From a bacterium (GTDB taxonomy: Bacteria; Patescibacteriota; UBA1384; 2-12-FULL-50-11), in the NCBI GenBank assembly GCA_021463485.1, contig JAJTYJ010000003.1, positions 23,292-87,291 on the forward strand: a stretch of DNA of 64,000 nt, read 5' to 3'. Of the stretch, positions 53,245-61,054 are shown in pieces (position 1 is the stretch's first letter; every line of letters begins with the position of its first letter). The notes under the pieces are model-generated. The model searched no databases. It was given only the letters and a program-made list of their open reading frames with translations, and was not told the DNA's origin. The translations under genes were made by a program, and so were the position numbers.

Positions 53245-54372
53245 ATGTCAAAAGCTGTTTACGCAGATTACGCCGCCATTACTCCGATCGACGATCGAGT
53301 TATTTTGGCGATGAACGAAGCGTCTGGGCAGTACGGCAATCCGTCGAGTCGGCACTTATACGGCCGAGCGTCGCGCCAATTATTAGATAAATCGCGACAG
53401 ACAGTTGCGCAATTTCTTAGTTGCTCAGATGCCGAAGTAACCTTCACAGCTTCCGGTACAGAGAGTAACAATCTGGCGGTACTGGGGATCGCTCGAGCAA
53501 ATAAAGCGAGAGGAAACCATATCGTAACGAGCTCGATTGAGCACCCAAGTGTTATTAACGCCTGTCGAGCGCTTGAACGAGATGGTTTTAAAGTAACATA
53601 TCTACCTGTTAACTCTAACGGTGTTGTAGATCCTGCCAAGTTACAAGAGGCACTGACCGATGAGACGATACTAATATCGATTCATTTAGCTAACTCTGAA
53701 ATCGGTGTTGTTCAGGATATACCGGCGCTCTCAGAAATTATTCGTACGCACTCGTCGGCGCGATTTCATACCGATGCTTGTCAGGCAGCTGCCTATACTG
53801 ATTTAAATGTTCAGAAACTCGGTGTTGATAGCTTAACGTTTAACGGCACTAAGCTATACGGTCCAAGAGGTATAGCGGCGTTATATGTGAAAGAAGGTAC
53901 TGATATTTTTCCGTTGGTCTACGGCGGCGGCCAAGAAAAGTCACTTCGCTCTGGTACGGAGAATGTTCCTGCAGTTGTTGGTTTTAGTGTGGCTCTGGAG
54001 ATAGCAGTTGAGAACCGTGATAGCGAAGGCCGACGAATTGAAAAACTTCGCGATATTCTACAAGAGCAGCTATCTCGTCAATTGAGTATATCTATTAACG
54101 CCAATCAAAGCCGACGATTACCGAATCATCTCTCGATTACGCTTGTTAATTGCCGTGAGAGCGACGTTGTTCGGGCGATGGACGAGCGTGGTGTCGCCGT
54201 TTCTTCCGGCTCTGCGTGTAGTTCAAAATCGTTAACTGATTCACATGTCTTAAAGGCGATCGGACTAACGAACGAGCAGATGAATCGTACGCTGAGGATT
54301 ACTCTCGGCCGCGGTACTATCGAGAGCGACATAGAAAAGATTGTCTCAGCTGTGGCCAAAATCAATCAATAA
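53245..54372 (+). CDS. Cysteine desulfurase (NifS/IscS class V aminotransferase)
   Basis: TFTASGTESNNLAV, SIEHPSV, PLP-Lys region FNGTKLYGPRG, catalytic Cys loop SSGSACSS. Confidence 0.85.
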   Translation: MSKAVYADYAAITPIDDRVILAMNEASGQYGNPSSRHLYGRASRQLLDKSRQTVAQFLSCSDAEVTFTASGTESNNLAVLGIARANKARGNHIVTSSIEHPSVINACRALERDGFKVTYLPVNSNGVVDPAKLQEALTDETILISIHLANSEIGVVQDIPALSEIIRTHSSARFHTDACQAAAYTDLNVQKLGVDSLTFNGTKLYGPRGIAALYVKEGTDIFPLVYGGGQEKSLRSGTENVPAVVGFSVALEIAVENRDSEGRRIEKLRDILQEQLSRQLSISINANQSRRLPNHLSITLVNCRESDVVRAMDERGVAVSSGSACSSKSLTDSHVLKAIGLTNEQMNRTLRITLGRGTIESDIEKIVSAVAKINQ

Positions 54373-54395
54373 AAAAACCGCATCTTACGATGCGG
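54371..54395 (-). terminator. Rho-independent terminator for ruvC (minus strand), overlapping its stop codon
   Basis: ccgcatc-ttac-gatgcgg hairpin; on minus strand followed by TTTTTTTATTGATT. Confidence 0.6.
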
Positions 54396-54972
54396 CGAGC
54401 TCGGATACGACTCGTCGGCGTCCGAAGTCTACCAAACAGATGGCGTCGGCGACGTGCGGCGATTTAACCCGGTGTCCGACGATATCTGAAGCGTGAGATA
54501 CGGCGTACTCTTCGAGTGCTTTTTGGCCGCGGATATTGCCGTACGACTTTTTTAGAATCGTCCGCTGCCACTTCGTAGCGTCCACCATATCCACCAAGAG
54601 GTACGGTGACAACTCTGACAAGTACCGCTTCCAGTACCTTGTGATATTTGACAAGTACGGCGACTGGTTGAGTTTTTTCGATTTTGGCTCCCGACGAACG
54701 ATACGACGGGTCGGTTGCTCAACGTAGGAGTACCCCAATACCACACCATTATCGTGCTGTCCGATTTTGGTGACTGCCTGCTGTAGGACATTGCCAGGAG
54801 TAGAGTAAGCGACAGCCGCGCAGAACTCACCGTAACTACAATGGCGAACGTGGAAGTCGCGAGTTAGCTCGATCTGTCCGTGAAACATCACATCGTCTGG
54901 TCGCTGGATAGCGACACCGCAATATCGTGTTCCCGGATCGATGCCGATGATTAAAGGTTCGTTATTTCGGAT
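54385..54972 (-). CDS. ruvC: Crossover junction endodeoxyribonuclease RuvC; N-terminus extends upstream of the first ATG, probable AUC (or other non-AUG) start 7 nt after GGAGG
   Basis: Conserved RuvC start IIGIDPGTRYCGVAI (catalytic Asp) encoded upstream of track ORF Met; in-frame stop at 54976-54978 limits the frame; later VEQP (Glu) and HVADAICLV (Asp) motifs. Confidence 0.7.
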   Translation of the reverse strand: MRNNEPLIIGIDPGTRYCGVAIQRPDDVMFHGQIELTRDFHVRHCSYGEFCAAVAYSTPGNVLQQAVTKIGQHDNGVVLGYSYVEQPTRRIVRREPKSKKLNQSPYLSNITRYWKRYLSELSPYLLVDMVDATKWQRTILKKSYGNIRGQKALEEYAVSHASDIVGHRVKSPHVADAICLVDFGRRRVVSELAAS

Positions 54973-55068
54973 AGTCTAACCTCCAAAATTAATTGTAACA
55001 GTATAGCTGTTGTGTTATTTGGGTTCAAGACGTTATGGCTGTATTATAGGCAATAATGAAAGGGGAAA

Positions 55069-55653
55069 ATGTTAGAAGCTAAAACGTTCGAATCGATAAG
55101 GCAACTAGACGGAATCAGTGAGAGAACAATGTCCGAGCATTACAAGCTCTACGAAGGATACGTTAAGAAATTCAATGAAATTTCAGAGAAATTACTAACA
55201 GTGGATCTCGATGCGGCTAATCCGTCCTATAGTGAAGTAAGAAGTTTAAAAACAGAGTACTCATTTGCGCTAAACGGCGTTAAAAACCACGAGATCTATT
55301 TTGGTCATCTTGGAGGTGATGGTGCCGTACCGTCAGGCAGATTGTCCGAGCAGCTCACAAGAGATTTTGGCAGTTTTGAGAAGTGGCAGTCGGAAATGAA
55401 AGCAACTGCGATGGCAGCGCGCGGCTGGGCATGGTTGGTTTGGGATAAAGATCTTAAAAAACTTGTAAATATTTCCGGAGACACTCAGAGCACCTACTTG
55501 GTTTGGAACTGTGTACCGTTAGTGGCGCTAGACGTCTACGAGCACGCTTACTTTATTGATCACGGGATCATGCGACGTGATTATATCGATGCTTTCTTCA
55601 AGAATCTTAATTGGTCGGTAACTGAAAAAGCCTTTGATATGGCAATTAAATGA
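55069..55653 (+). CDS. sod: Fe/Mn-family superoxide dismutase
   Basis: Metal ligand context EHYKLYEGYV (His), NGVKNHEIYF (His), DVYEHAYF (Asp/His); WAWLVWD. Confidence 0.8.
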   Translation: MLEAKTFESIRQLDGISERTMSEHYKLYEGYVKKFNEISEKLLTVDLDAANPSYSEVRSLKTEYSFALNGVKNHEIYFGHLGGDGAVPSGRLSEQLTRDFGSFEKWQSEMKATAMAARGWAWLVWDKDLKKLVNISGDTQSTYLVWNCVPLVALDVYEHAYFIDHGIMRRDYIDAFFKNLNWSVTEKAFDMAIK

Positions 55654-55678
55654 TAAAGAATTTTCTGAGGCGAAGCCT

Positions 55679-56509
55679 ATGGTAGTTGGCGCTCACGTTC
55701 CGACAGCTGGCGGATTGAAAACTGCGCTCAAAATTGGGACAGAAATAGAAGCAGAAGCGTTGCAAATATTTCCGTCAGCACCGCTGCAGTGGAAAATACG
55801 AGGCTGGTCGGACGATGACTGTGCCGTTTTTAAAACTGAATGGCCAAAAAAATTTTCAGAAGTGGTGTTTCACGGTATTTACCTTACAAATCTAGCGGGT
55901 GCGTCTGCTGAAAATTTAGAAAAAACCAAAACCGCTCTTATAGATACGTTAACGCTAGCACCTAAAATTGGCGTTCGAGGCACGGTATTTCATCCCGGAA
56001 CCTACAACGGCGGTTTAGAGAAAAATGCGAGACAAATTAAAACACTAATTAAAGAGATACTTAACGCAACACCAAATGACTCATTACTGGTGTACGAGAA
56101 CTCTGCTGGCTCAACGATCGGCGCAACTTTGGAAGATTTAGCTTGGCTGATCGAAAACTCGAGCGACAAGAATCGTGTTGCAGTTTGTTTGGATACTTGC
56201 CACGCGTTTGCTGCTGGTTACGATATCACAACCAAAGAAGGATACGACGAATATATTGAGAAAGTCGACTCACTTATCGGCTTAGACAAGGTATTTTGCT
56301 GGCATCTGAACGATTCGAAATTTGGTCTTGGAGAAAAGCGAGATCGTCATGAGAATATCGGGCAAGGAAAAATGGGTGCCGAGCCATTCCGAATATTGCT
56401 AAACGATTCGCGGTGGGCGAACACCGCGGGATATCTTGAAGTACCGGGGTTTTCCGAAACTGGGCCTGATCTTAAAAACGTTACAATACTCAAGGATCTG
56501 CGCGCTTAA
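55679..56509 (+). CDS. nfo: Endonuclease IV (AP endonuclease family 2)
   Basis: MVVGAHVPTAGGL, CLDTCHAFAAGYDI, HLNDSKFGLGEKRDRHENIGQGKMG. Confidence 0.85.
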   Translation: MVVGAHVPTAGGLKTALKIGTEIEAEALQIFPSAPLQWKIRGWSDDDCAVFKTEWPKKFSEVVFHGIYLTNLAGASAENLEKTKTALIDTLTLAPKIGVRGTVFHPGTYNGGLEKNARQIKTLIKEILNATPNDSLLVYENSAGSTIGATLEDLAWLIENSSDKNRVAVCLDTCHAFAAGYDITTKEGYDEYIEKVDSLIGLDKVFCWHLNDSKFGLGEKRDRHENIGQGKMGAEPFRILLNDSRWANTAGYLEVPGFSETGPDLKNVTILKDLRA

Positions 56510-56570
56510 CGCGATTATCTAATTGTCTTTATATAAATAAAACTATTTGTTACAGTGACGGCGTATCGCT

Positions 56571-56957
56571 TTGGCGATGCGCGCACATGAGGAACTTATG
56601 GATGGAGAACGATTACGTTTCAATCAAGAAACGCTCAACGGTCTTACCAACGCATTTCGTGGTGTTCGGTCCGATGTCGAAACGAGAGTTCTAATCGGCC
56701 TTGACCGCGTAATCATGACTCCGCAATCAAGCCCAGATCAGTCCGAACTCGTCGCAGCGATTAGGGCTTCAGAGGAATACGTTGTGATTCGTCGCGAAGG
56801 ATTCCCGGTCATCGGCGTTGAAGTCGAGGTAGGTGGACAGCAGCTACAGATCTTCCCAAACCGTGAACGGGGCAACACCAACTTGGTGAACTTCATCACG
56901 ATTCAAAAGGCAGATAAGGAGTTTGCTGGTCAACTAATGGAATGGGCTGCGTCTTAG
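56571..56957 (+). CDS. Hypothetical protein (128 aa)
   Basis: ORF only; followed by a strong terminator. Confidence 0.35.
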   Translation: MAMRAHEELMDGERLRFNQETLNGLTNAFRGVRSDVETRVLIGLDRVIMTPQSSPDQSELVAAIRASEEYVVIRREGFPVIGVEVEVGGQQLQIFPNRERGNTNLVNFITIQKADKEFAGQLMEWAAS

Positions 56958-56967
56958 ATCTTTACCG

Positions 56968-56994
56968 TTGTGCCCATGTGGCACAATTTTTTTG
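56968..56994 (+). terminator. Rho-independent terminator
   Basis: ttgtgcc-catgt-ggcacaa hairpin + TTTTTTTGTTTT. Confidence 0.7.
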
Positions 56995-57026
56995 TTTTGC
57001 TACTATAAAATTCAAAGGAGTTAAAA

Positions 57027-57446
57027 ATGGTTGATGCTTCAAATATCGCAATTAACTGGTGGGCAATACTTGCCTGCGGTGTTGCTTCGATGGTAATTGG
57101 ATTTATTTGGTACATGCCGAAAGTAATGGGAAATATGTGGATGGCAGCGATTCAAAAAACGCCGGAGGATGTTGCTAAAGGCTGGCAGCCGTCGATGTTT
57201 CTAAAAACGTTTGCGCTGGCGTTACTCACAGCTTATATTCTTTCGCATTTTACTCAGCTCGTGCGCGCAGACACGTTCGCAAATTATCTTACTACGGCGT
57301 TCTTTATCTGGCTGGGGTTCGTCTTTACGGTTATGGCAATGAATATTATGTACGAAGGCAAATCTTCGAAACTCCTTGTCGTTAACGGTTTGTATCAGCT
57401 CATCACGCTCCAAGTGATGGCCGCCATTCTCTATTACTGGCAGTAA
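57027..57446 (+). CDS. DUF1761-like small polytopic membrane protein
   Basis: MVDASNIAINWWAILACGVASMVIGFIWYMP... four hydrophobic helices, family resemblance to DUF1761. Confidence 0.5.
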   Translation: MVDASNIAINWWAILACGVASMVIGFIWYMPKVMGNMWMAAIQKTPEDVAKGWQPSMFLKTFALALLTAYILSHFTQLVRADTFANYLTTAFFIWLGFVFTVMAMNIMYEGKSSKLLVVNGLYQLITLQVMAAILYYWQ

Positions 57447-57480
57447 ATAAAAAAACCGCCTCGGCTGAGAGCCGGGCGGT
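57447..57480 (-). terminator. Terminator hairpin for the minus-strand gene (A-run on +, i.e. U-run after hairpin on -)
   Basis: aaaaaaaccgcctcggctgagagccgggcgg. Confidence 0.55.
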
Positions 57481-57490
57481 TGGAACGTTC

Positions 57491-57961
57491 TCAGGTTCTT
57501 TGGAACCCAATAATCCGTGACGCCTGTTGCATGCATCCTGCTTTAATCCTCCGTAGCCAACTTGATCCAAGTGAGATTTCAGGATCAACGAACGTTCGTA
57601 CCCACACGGGCGTCTGACTTTTTGGCTCAGCCGTCATCTCTTTGCCATTCCAGCTGTAGACGACGGCGTGGCTTTTGTTCCCGGTTGCGACCGTAACCAT
57701 TGTCGGTGCTTCCGATGACCAAAAGTTTAGCCTGATTGTCAGTCGATTCCCCAGAGCGGTAACGAGGGCGAAGCTCAAGTCTCCAGTACGCTGGTCGCTT
57801 GTAACTACAATTCCTCGTTCCTTAGCAGCTCGTTGTAGTTCCCACAAACACTTGTCGGCGATAGGAGGACTGCTGTCTGACACGGTAGTGATGTTAAAGG
57901 CGCTGGCGATGAACCTTGCGGCCGCCACCAACGCATCGTTGTTGTGAAGCCGGTAGGCCAT
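57491..57961 (-). CDS. Hypothetical protein with conserved-looking Cys...His pair (possible papain-like fold hydrolase)
   Basis: Start ATG 57961 preceded by GAGGTG; residues IADKCLWEL and NKSHAVVYSW suggest Cys/His dyad; no firm family. Confidence 0.35.
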   Translation of the reverse strand: MAYRLHNNDALVAAARFIASAFNITTVSDSSPPIADKCLWELQRAAKERGIVVTSDQRTGDLSFALVTALGNRLTIRLNFWSSEAPTMVTVATGNKSHAVVYSWNGKEMTAEPKSQTPVWVRTFVDPEISLGSSWLRRIKAGCMQQASRIIGFQRT

Positions 57962-58093
57962 AATTTTCACCTCGCGTGATGCGATTGGCATATAGTATAG
58001 CAATCATATGTGGCTAAATCAATTTACTTATCACAAATTTTTCGCTAACTTTTAACAAAGAATTGTATTCGCATACTCTAAAAAGGAGGAGAA

Positions 58094-58537
58094 ATGCAAA
58101 GAACGTTACTATTAGTACTATTTATCGTTATTTTAGCGGTCGGCGGGTATTTCTTGCTCAAATCGCAATCACAAGAGCCGGCTGAGACGACAAATACAAA
58201 CGAGCTGTCGGATGTAGAGCCAAAGAACACCGACGATAAAACCCCGATAACTACCAAAGAATCTGCTGAAGTTACCGTACTGTACGGTTCAAATGGCTAC
58301 TCACCGGCGACTGTAACGATTAAACGAGGGCAAAAGGTTACTTTTAAAAACGAGAGCGGTAAACAAATGTGGGTCGCGTCCGACGATCACCCAAGTCATT
58401 TAATCTACCCAGAATTTGACGCCAAAATCGGAGCTGCAACTGGATCGTCATACGAATTTGTTTTCGACAAGGTCGGGACGTGGCGGTACCATGACCACCT
58501 ATCGCCAAGCCGAACTGGTATCGTTATCGTCGAATAG
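58094..58537 (+). CDS. Cupredoxin-like (plastocyanin/EfeO-type) small secreted protein with N-terminal TM/signal
   Basis: Beta-sandwich-like VTFKNESGKQMWVASDDHPSH...WRYHDHLSPSRTGIVIV with His/Asp cluster; RBS AAGGAGG. Confidence 0.5.
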   Translation: MQRTLLLVLFIVILAVGGYFLLKSQSQEPAETTNTNELSDVEPKNTDDKTPITTKESAEVTVLYGSNGYSPATVTIKRGQKVTFKNESGKQMWVASDDHPSHLIYPEFDAKIGAATGSSYEFVFDKVGTWRYHDHLSPSRTGIVIVE

Positions 58538-60169
58538 TTATTCGCTGTGCTTTAACGATTTTTTCCGCTGCCGTGTGCGCTGGAAATTAAGACCGTAACG
58601 ATGAACTTCATCGCGGATGCGAGCTAGTAAAAGTAATCCTTTATGAAACCGCTTCGCTGGAACCGGTGTTTTACGGTTTGGGACAAATATTCGGTCTGGC
58701 TTTTTTGCAAGTGAAATAATTCGGACGGAATCACGCTGTGATTGGTTTAAGGCAGCGACGGCAAATTTCAACTGCTCAGGACCGCCATCAATTACTAATA
58801 AATCTGGTAACGGTCGAACAGTGTCGCTGAGTCGACGTGAAACTACTTCGCAAATCATCGCAAAATCGTTCTGGCCTTGAACTGTTTTAATAATATAACG
58901 CCGGTATTCGTTTTTTTCTGGCTGACCATGAATGAAACAAACGGAAGCACCAACTGGTTCGCTTGCTCCGAGGTTTGAGATGTCGATAGCCTCAAGTCGT
59001 TCCGGTATCGCCGGTAAGCCCAGTAATTCCTTCAGAGCAATTAGCCCTTCGAAAGCCCTATCTTGGTTAATAAGACGCTGCTGGAGTTTTGATTCGGCGT
59101 TTCTACTAGATAGCTGCACCATTTGCAATTTCTCACCGCGTTCTGCCGTTCGAAGCTCCACTCGACGCCCGCTCTGCTGGGAGAGCAATAGCTCGATCAG
59201 CTGCTGATCTTCAAGTACTTCAGAAATCGCAACAAGTTGTGGGATAGCGTGAAGCGTCGGATACATTGTGGTTAAAAAGTCGCGCAGAATTTTTCTGTTG
59301 AATTCCCCTGAATAGTTCTCAACGAAAAAGTGTTGCTGCCCGCTAACACGACCGTCTCGGATATGAGTTACACAAATAATAGCTGTAGTACTTGAACTAA
59401 ATACTCCGAGGGCGTCGTAGTCTTCGTTGTGCGTTGAGATTACCGACTGTGGCGTGGTGATCTGTTGGCTGGCATGGAGTCGATCGCGAAGTTTTGCTGC
59501 TCGCTCAAATTGTTTTGTTTCAGCAGCGCGTTCCATTTCCAGTTGTAAATCGTTAAGAATATTTTTGCGCTTACCTCTAAGAAATAACGTCGCCTTATCT
59601 ACTTTCTCCTCGTAAGCTTCTTGGCTAATTTCGCCAGCGCACGGACAGGGGTGCCCAGTTAGTTGGCAGTGAAAGCATGCTCTAGTTTTATTCACCTGTA
59701 ACGGTTTGTCGCTGATATGAATACCGTAGAGATCTCGCAAGAACTCAAGTGTGAATTGTGCGGATCGTGCCGATAAATACGGTCCGAAATAGTGTTCGTT
59801 AGTTTTACTGGTACGACGGCGAACGATTGAGAAGCGGGGAATTAACTCGCCGCGACTTAGTTTAATAAACGGGTAAGTTTTGTCGTCTGTGAGTTTGATA
59901 TTAAACTTTGGCAAATACTGTTTGATTAATGTTGATTCGAGCATTAATGCTTCAAGCTCGTTTGTGACAATTGTAGTTTCAATGCGCTTAATTAAACCAA
60001 TCATGACTGCGATCCATGGTCGGTCAGAGTGAGCGCCTGAAAAGTAGCTCCGAACCCGGTTTCGCAAATTGATCGCTTTACCGACGTAGAGCACCGAATC
60101 GGTCTCGTCGTAGAACATATATATTCCGGGTTTTGCCGGAATCTCTTTAAGCTGATCGCTGATTTTCAT
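58538..60169 (-). CDS. uvrC: Excinuclease ABC subunit C, lacking C-terminal (HhH)2 domain
   Basis: GIY-YIG PGIYMFYDETDSVLYVGKAINLRNRVRSY, UvrBC-interaction region, RNase H-like endonuclease region ending ...DEVHRYGL. Confidence 0.9.
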   Translation of the reverse strand: MKISDQLKEIPAKPGIYMFYDETDSVLYVGKAINLRNRVRSYFSGAHSDRPWIAVMIGLIKRIETTIVTNELEALMLESTLIKQYLPKFNIKLTDDKTYPFIKLSRGELIPRFSIVRRRTSKTNEHYFGPYLSARSAQFTLEFLRDLYGIHISDKPLQVNKTRACFHCQLTGHPCPCAGEISQEAYEEKVDKATLFLRGKRKNILNDLQLEMERAAETKQFERAAKLRDRLHASQQITTPQSVISTHNEDYDALGVFSSSTTAIICVTHIRDGRVSGQQHFFVENYSGEFNRKILRDFLTTMYPTLHAIPQLVAISEVLEDQQLIELLLSQQSGRRVELRTAERGEKLQMVQLSSRNAESKLQQRLINQDRAFEGLIALKELLGLPAIPERLEAIDISNLGASEPVGASVCFIHGQPEKNEYRRYIIKTVQGQNDFAMICEVVSRRLSDTVRPLPDLLVIDGGPEQLKFAVAALNQSQRDSVRIISLAKKPDRIFVPNRKTPVPAKRFHKGLLLLARIRDEVHRYGLNFQRTRQRKKSLKHSE

Positions 60170-60205
60170 CCAGAGTAGTATACCTGAAAATAAGGTGATA
60201 GTCCG

Positions 60206-60234
60206 TTGACATTAGCCCATTTAAACCATATAAT
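60206..60234 (+). promoter_or_regulatory. Near-consensus sigma70-type promoter TTGACA-17-TATAAT for the GGDEF gene
   Basis: ttgacattagcccatttaaaccatataat; GGAGG RBS and ATG 60265 follow. Confidence 0.6.
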
Positions 60235-60264
60235 CGATGAACCGTGTCACACGGAGGTGTACCT

Positions 60265-61014
60265 ATGAGTATTGAGAAAATCCTAACTGGGATGAATATT
60301 CCCGGCACGATCGTCCACATCAACGGGACGGTCAACGTTTACCACTTTTCCAGTGCGCTCCGGCGCATTCGGGGAGTCGAGGATGACGCGTCGTATGAAG
60401 AGCTGGCGCACGAGGTCCTGGCAATCCAAGACGACCCGTCGTATGTTCGGATCGAGCTTGGCGATCGCCGATTTCTGTTTGTCCCTAGAGAGCTCTCGGA
60501 TGTGATGGCGGTGTATACCGCAAGCATCAGAGACCAGCTGACGAACACGTTTAACCCGAGAGGATTAGCGGTCGCGTATTCGCAGCTTCGGTCGAGATCT
60601 AGCTCCGAAGGCGTGCTGATCGTGCTGTACCTCGATGCCAACAGATTCAAAGTCGTCAACGACGATTTTGGTCACGATGTCGGTGATCGAGTGCTAAAAG
60701 CGATGTGCAACCGCCTTCGTGGCCAACTCAAGCAAGACGACGTTGTTGCTAGGATCGGGGGCGACGAGTTTGTCGCGCTGGTCTGGCTTCCGAATGAAGA
60801 GCTAAAAAGCTACTTCATGGACACTCGACTTCCGCTAATCCAAGAGGTCGTTTGCGGGGAGCCGTACGCGATTAAGGACGGCAAGAAGATGTTGCCGACA
60901 GGTTTTGCGCTCGGTGTGCATATCCACTCGGGGGAGCTGCCGGAGAACTACACTGAGTTGCTGCGCCAAGCCGAGCTTGGCATGTACGCAGACAAAGGCG
61001 CTGTGGCGCGCTAA
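60265..61014 (+). CDS. GGDEF-domain diguanylate cyclase with N-terminal unassigned region
   Basis: LDANRFKVVNDDFGHDVGDRVLKAM ... RIGGDEFVALV (GGDEF active site). Confidence 0.8.
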   Translation: MSIEKILTGMNIPGTIVHINGTVNVYHFSSALRRIRGVEDDASYEELAHEVLAIQDDPSYVRIELGDRRFLFVPRELSDVMAVYTASIRDQLTNTFNPRGLAVAYSQLRSRSSSEGVLIVLYLDANRFKVVNDDFGHDVGDRVLKAMCNRLRGQLKQDDVVARIGGDEFVALVWLPNEELKSYFMDTRLPLIQEVVCGEPYAIKDGKKMLPTGFALGVHIHSGELPENYTELLRQAELGMYADKGAVAR

Positions 61015-61028
61015 ACAATTCCGGATCC

Positions 61029-61054
61029 GCGGGGCGAAAGCCCCGCATTTTTTA
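61029..61054 (+). terminator. Rho-independent terminator
   Basis: gcggggc-gaaa-gccccgc hairpin + ATTTTTTAT. Confidence 0.75.
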
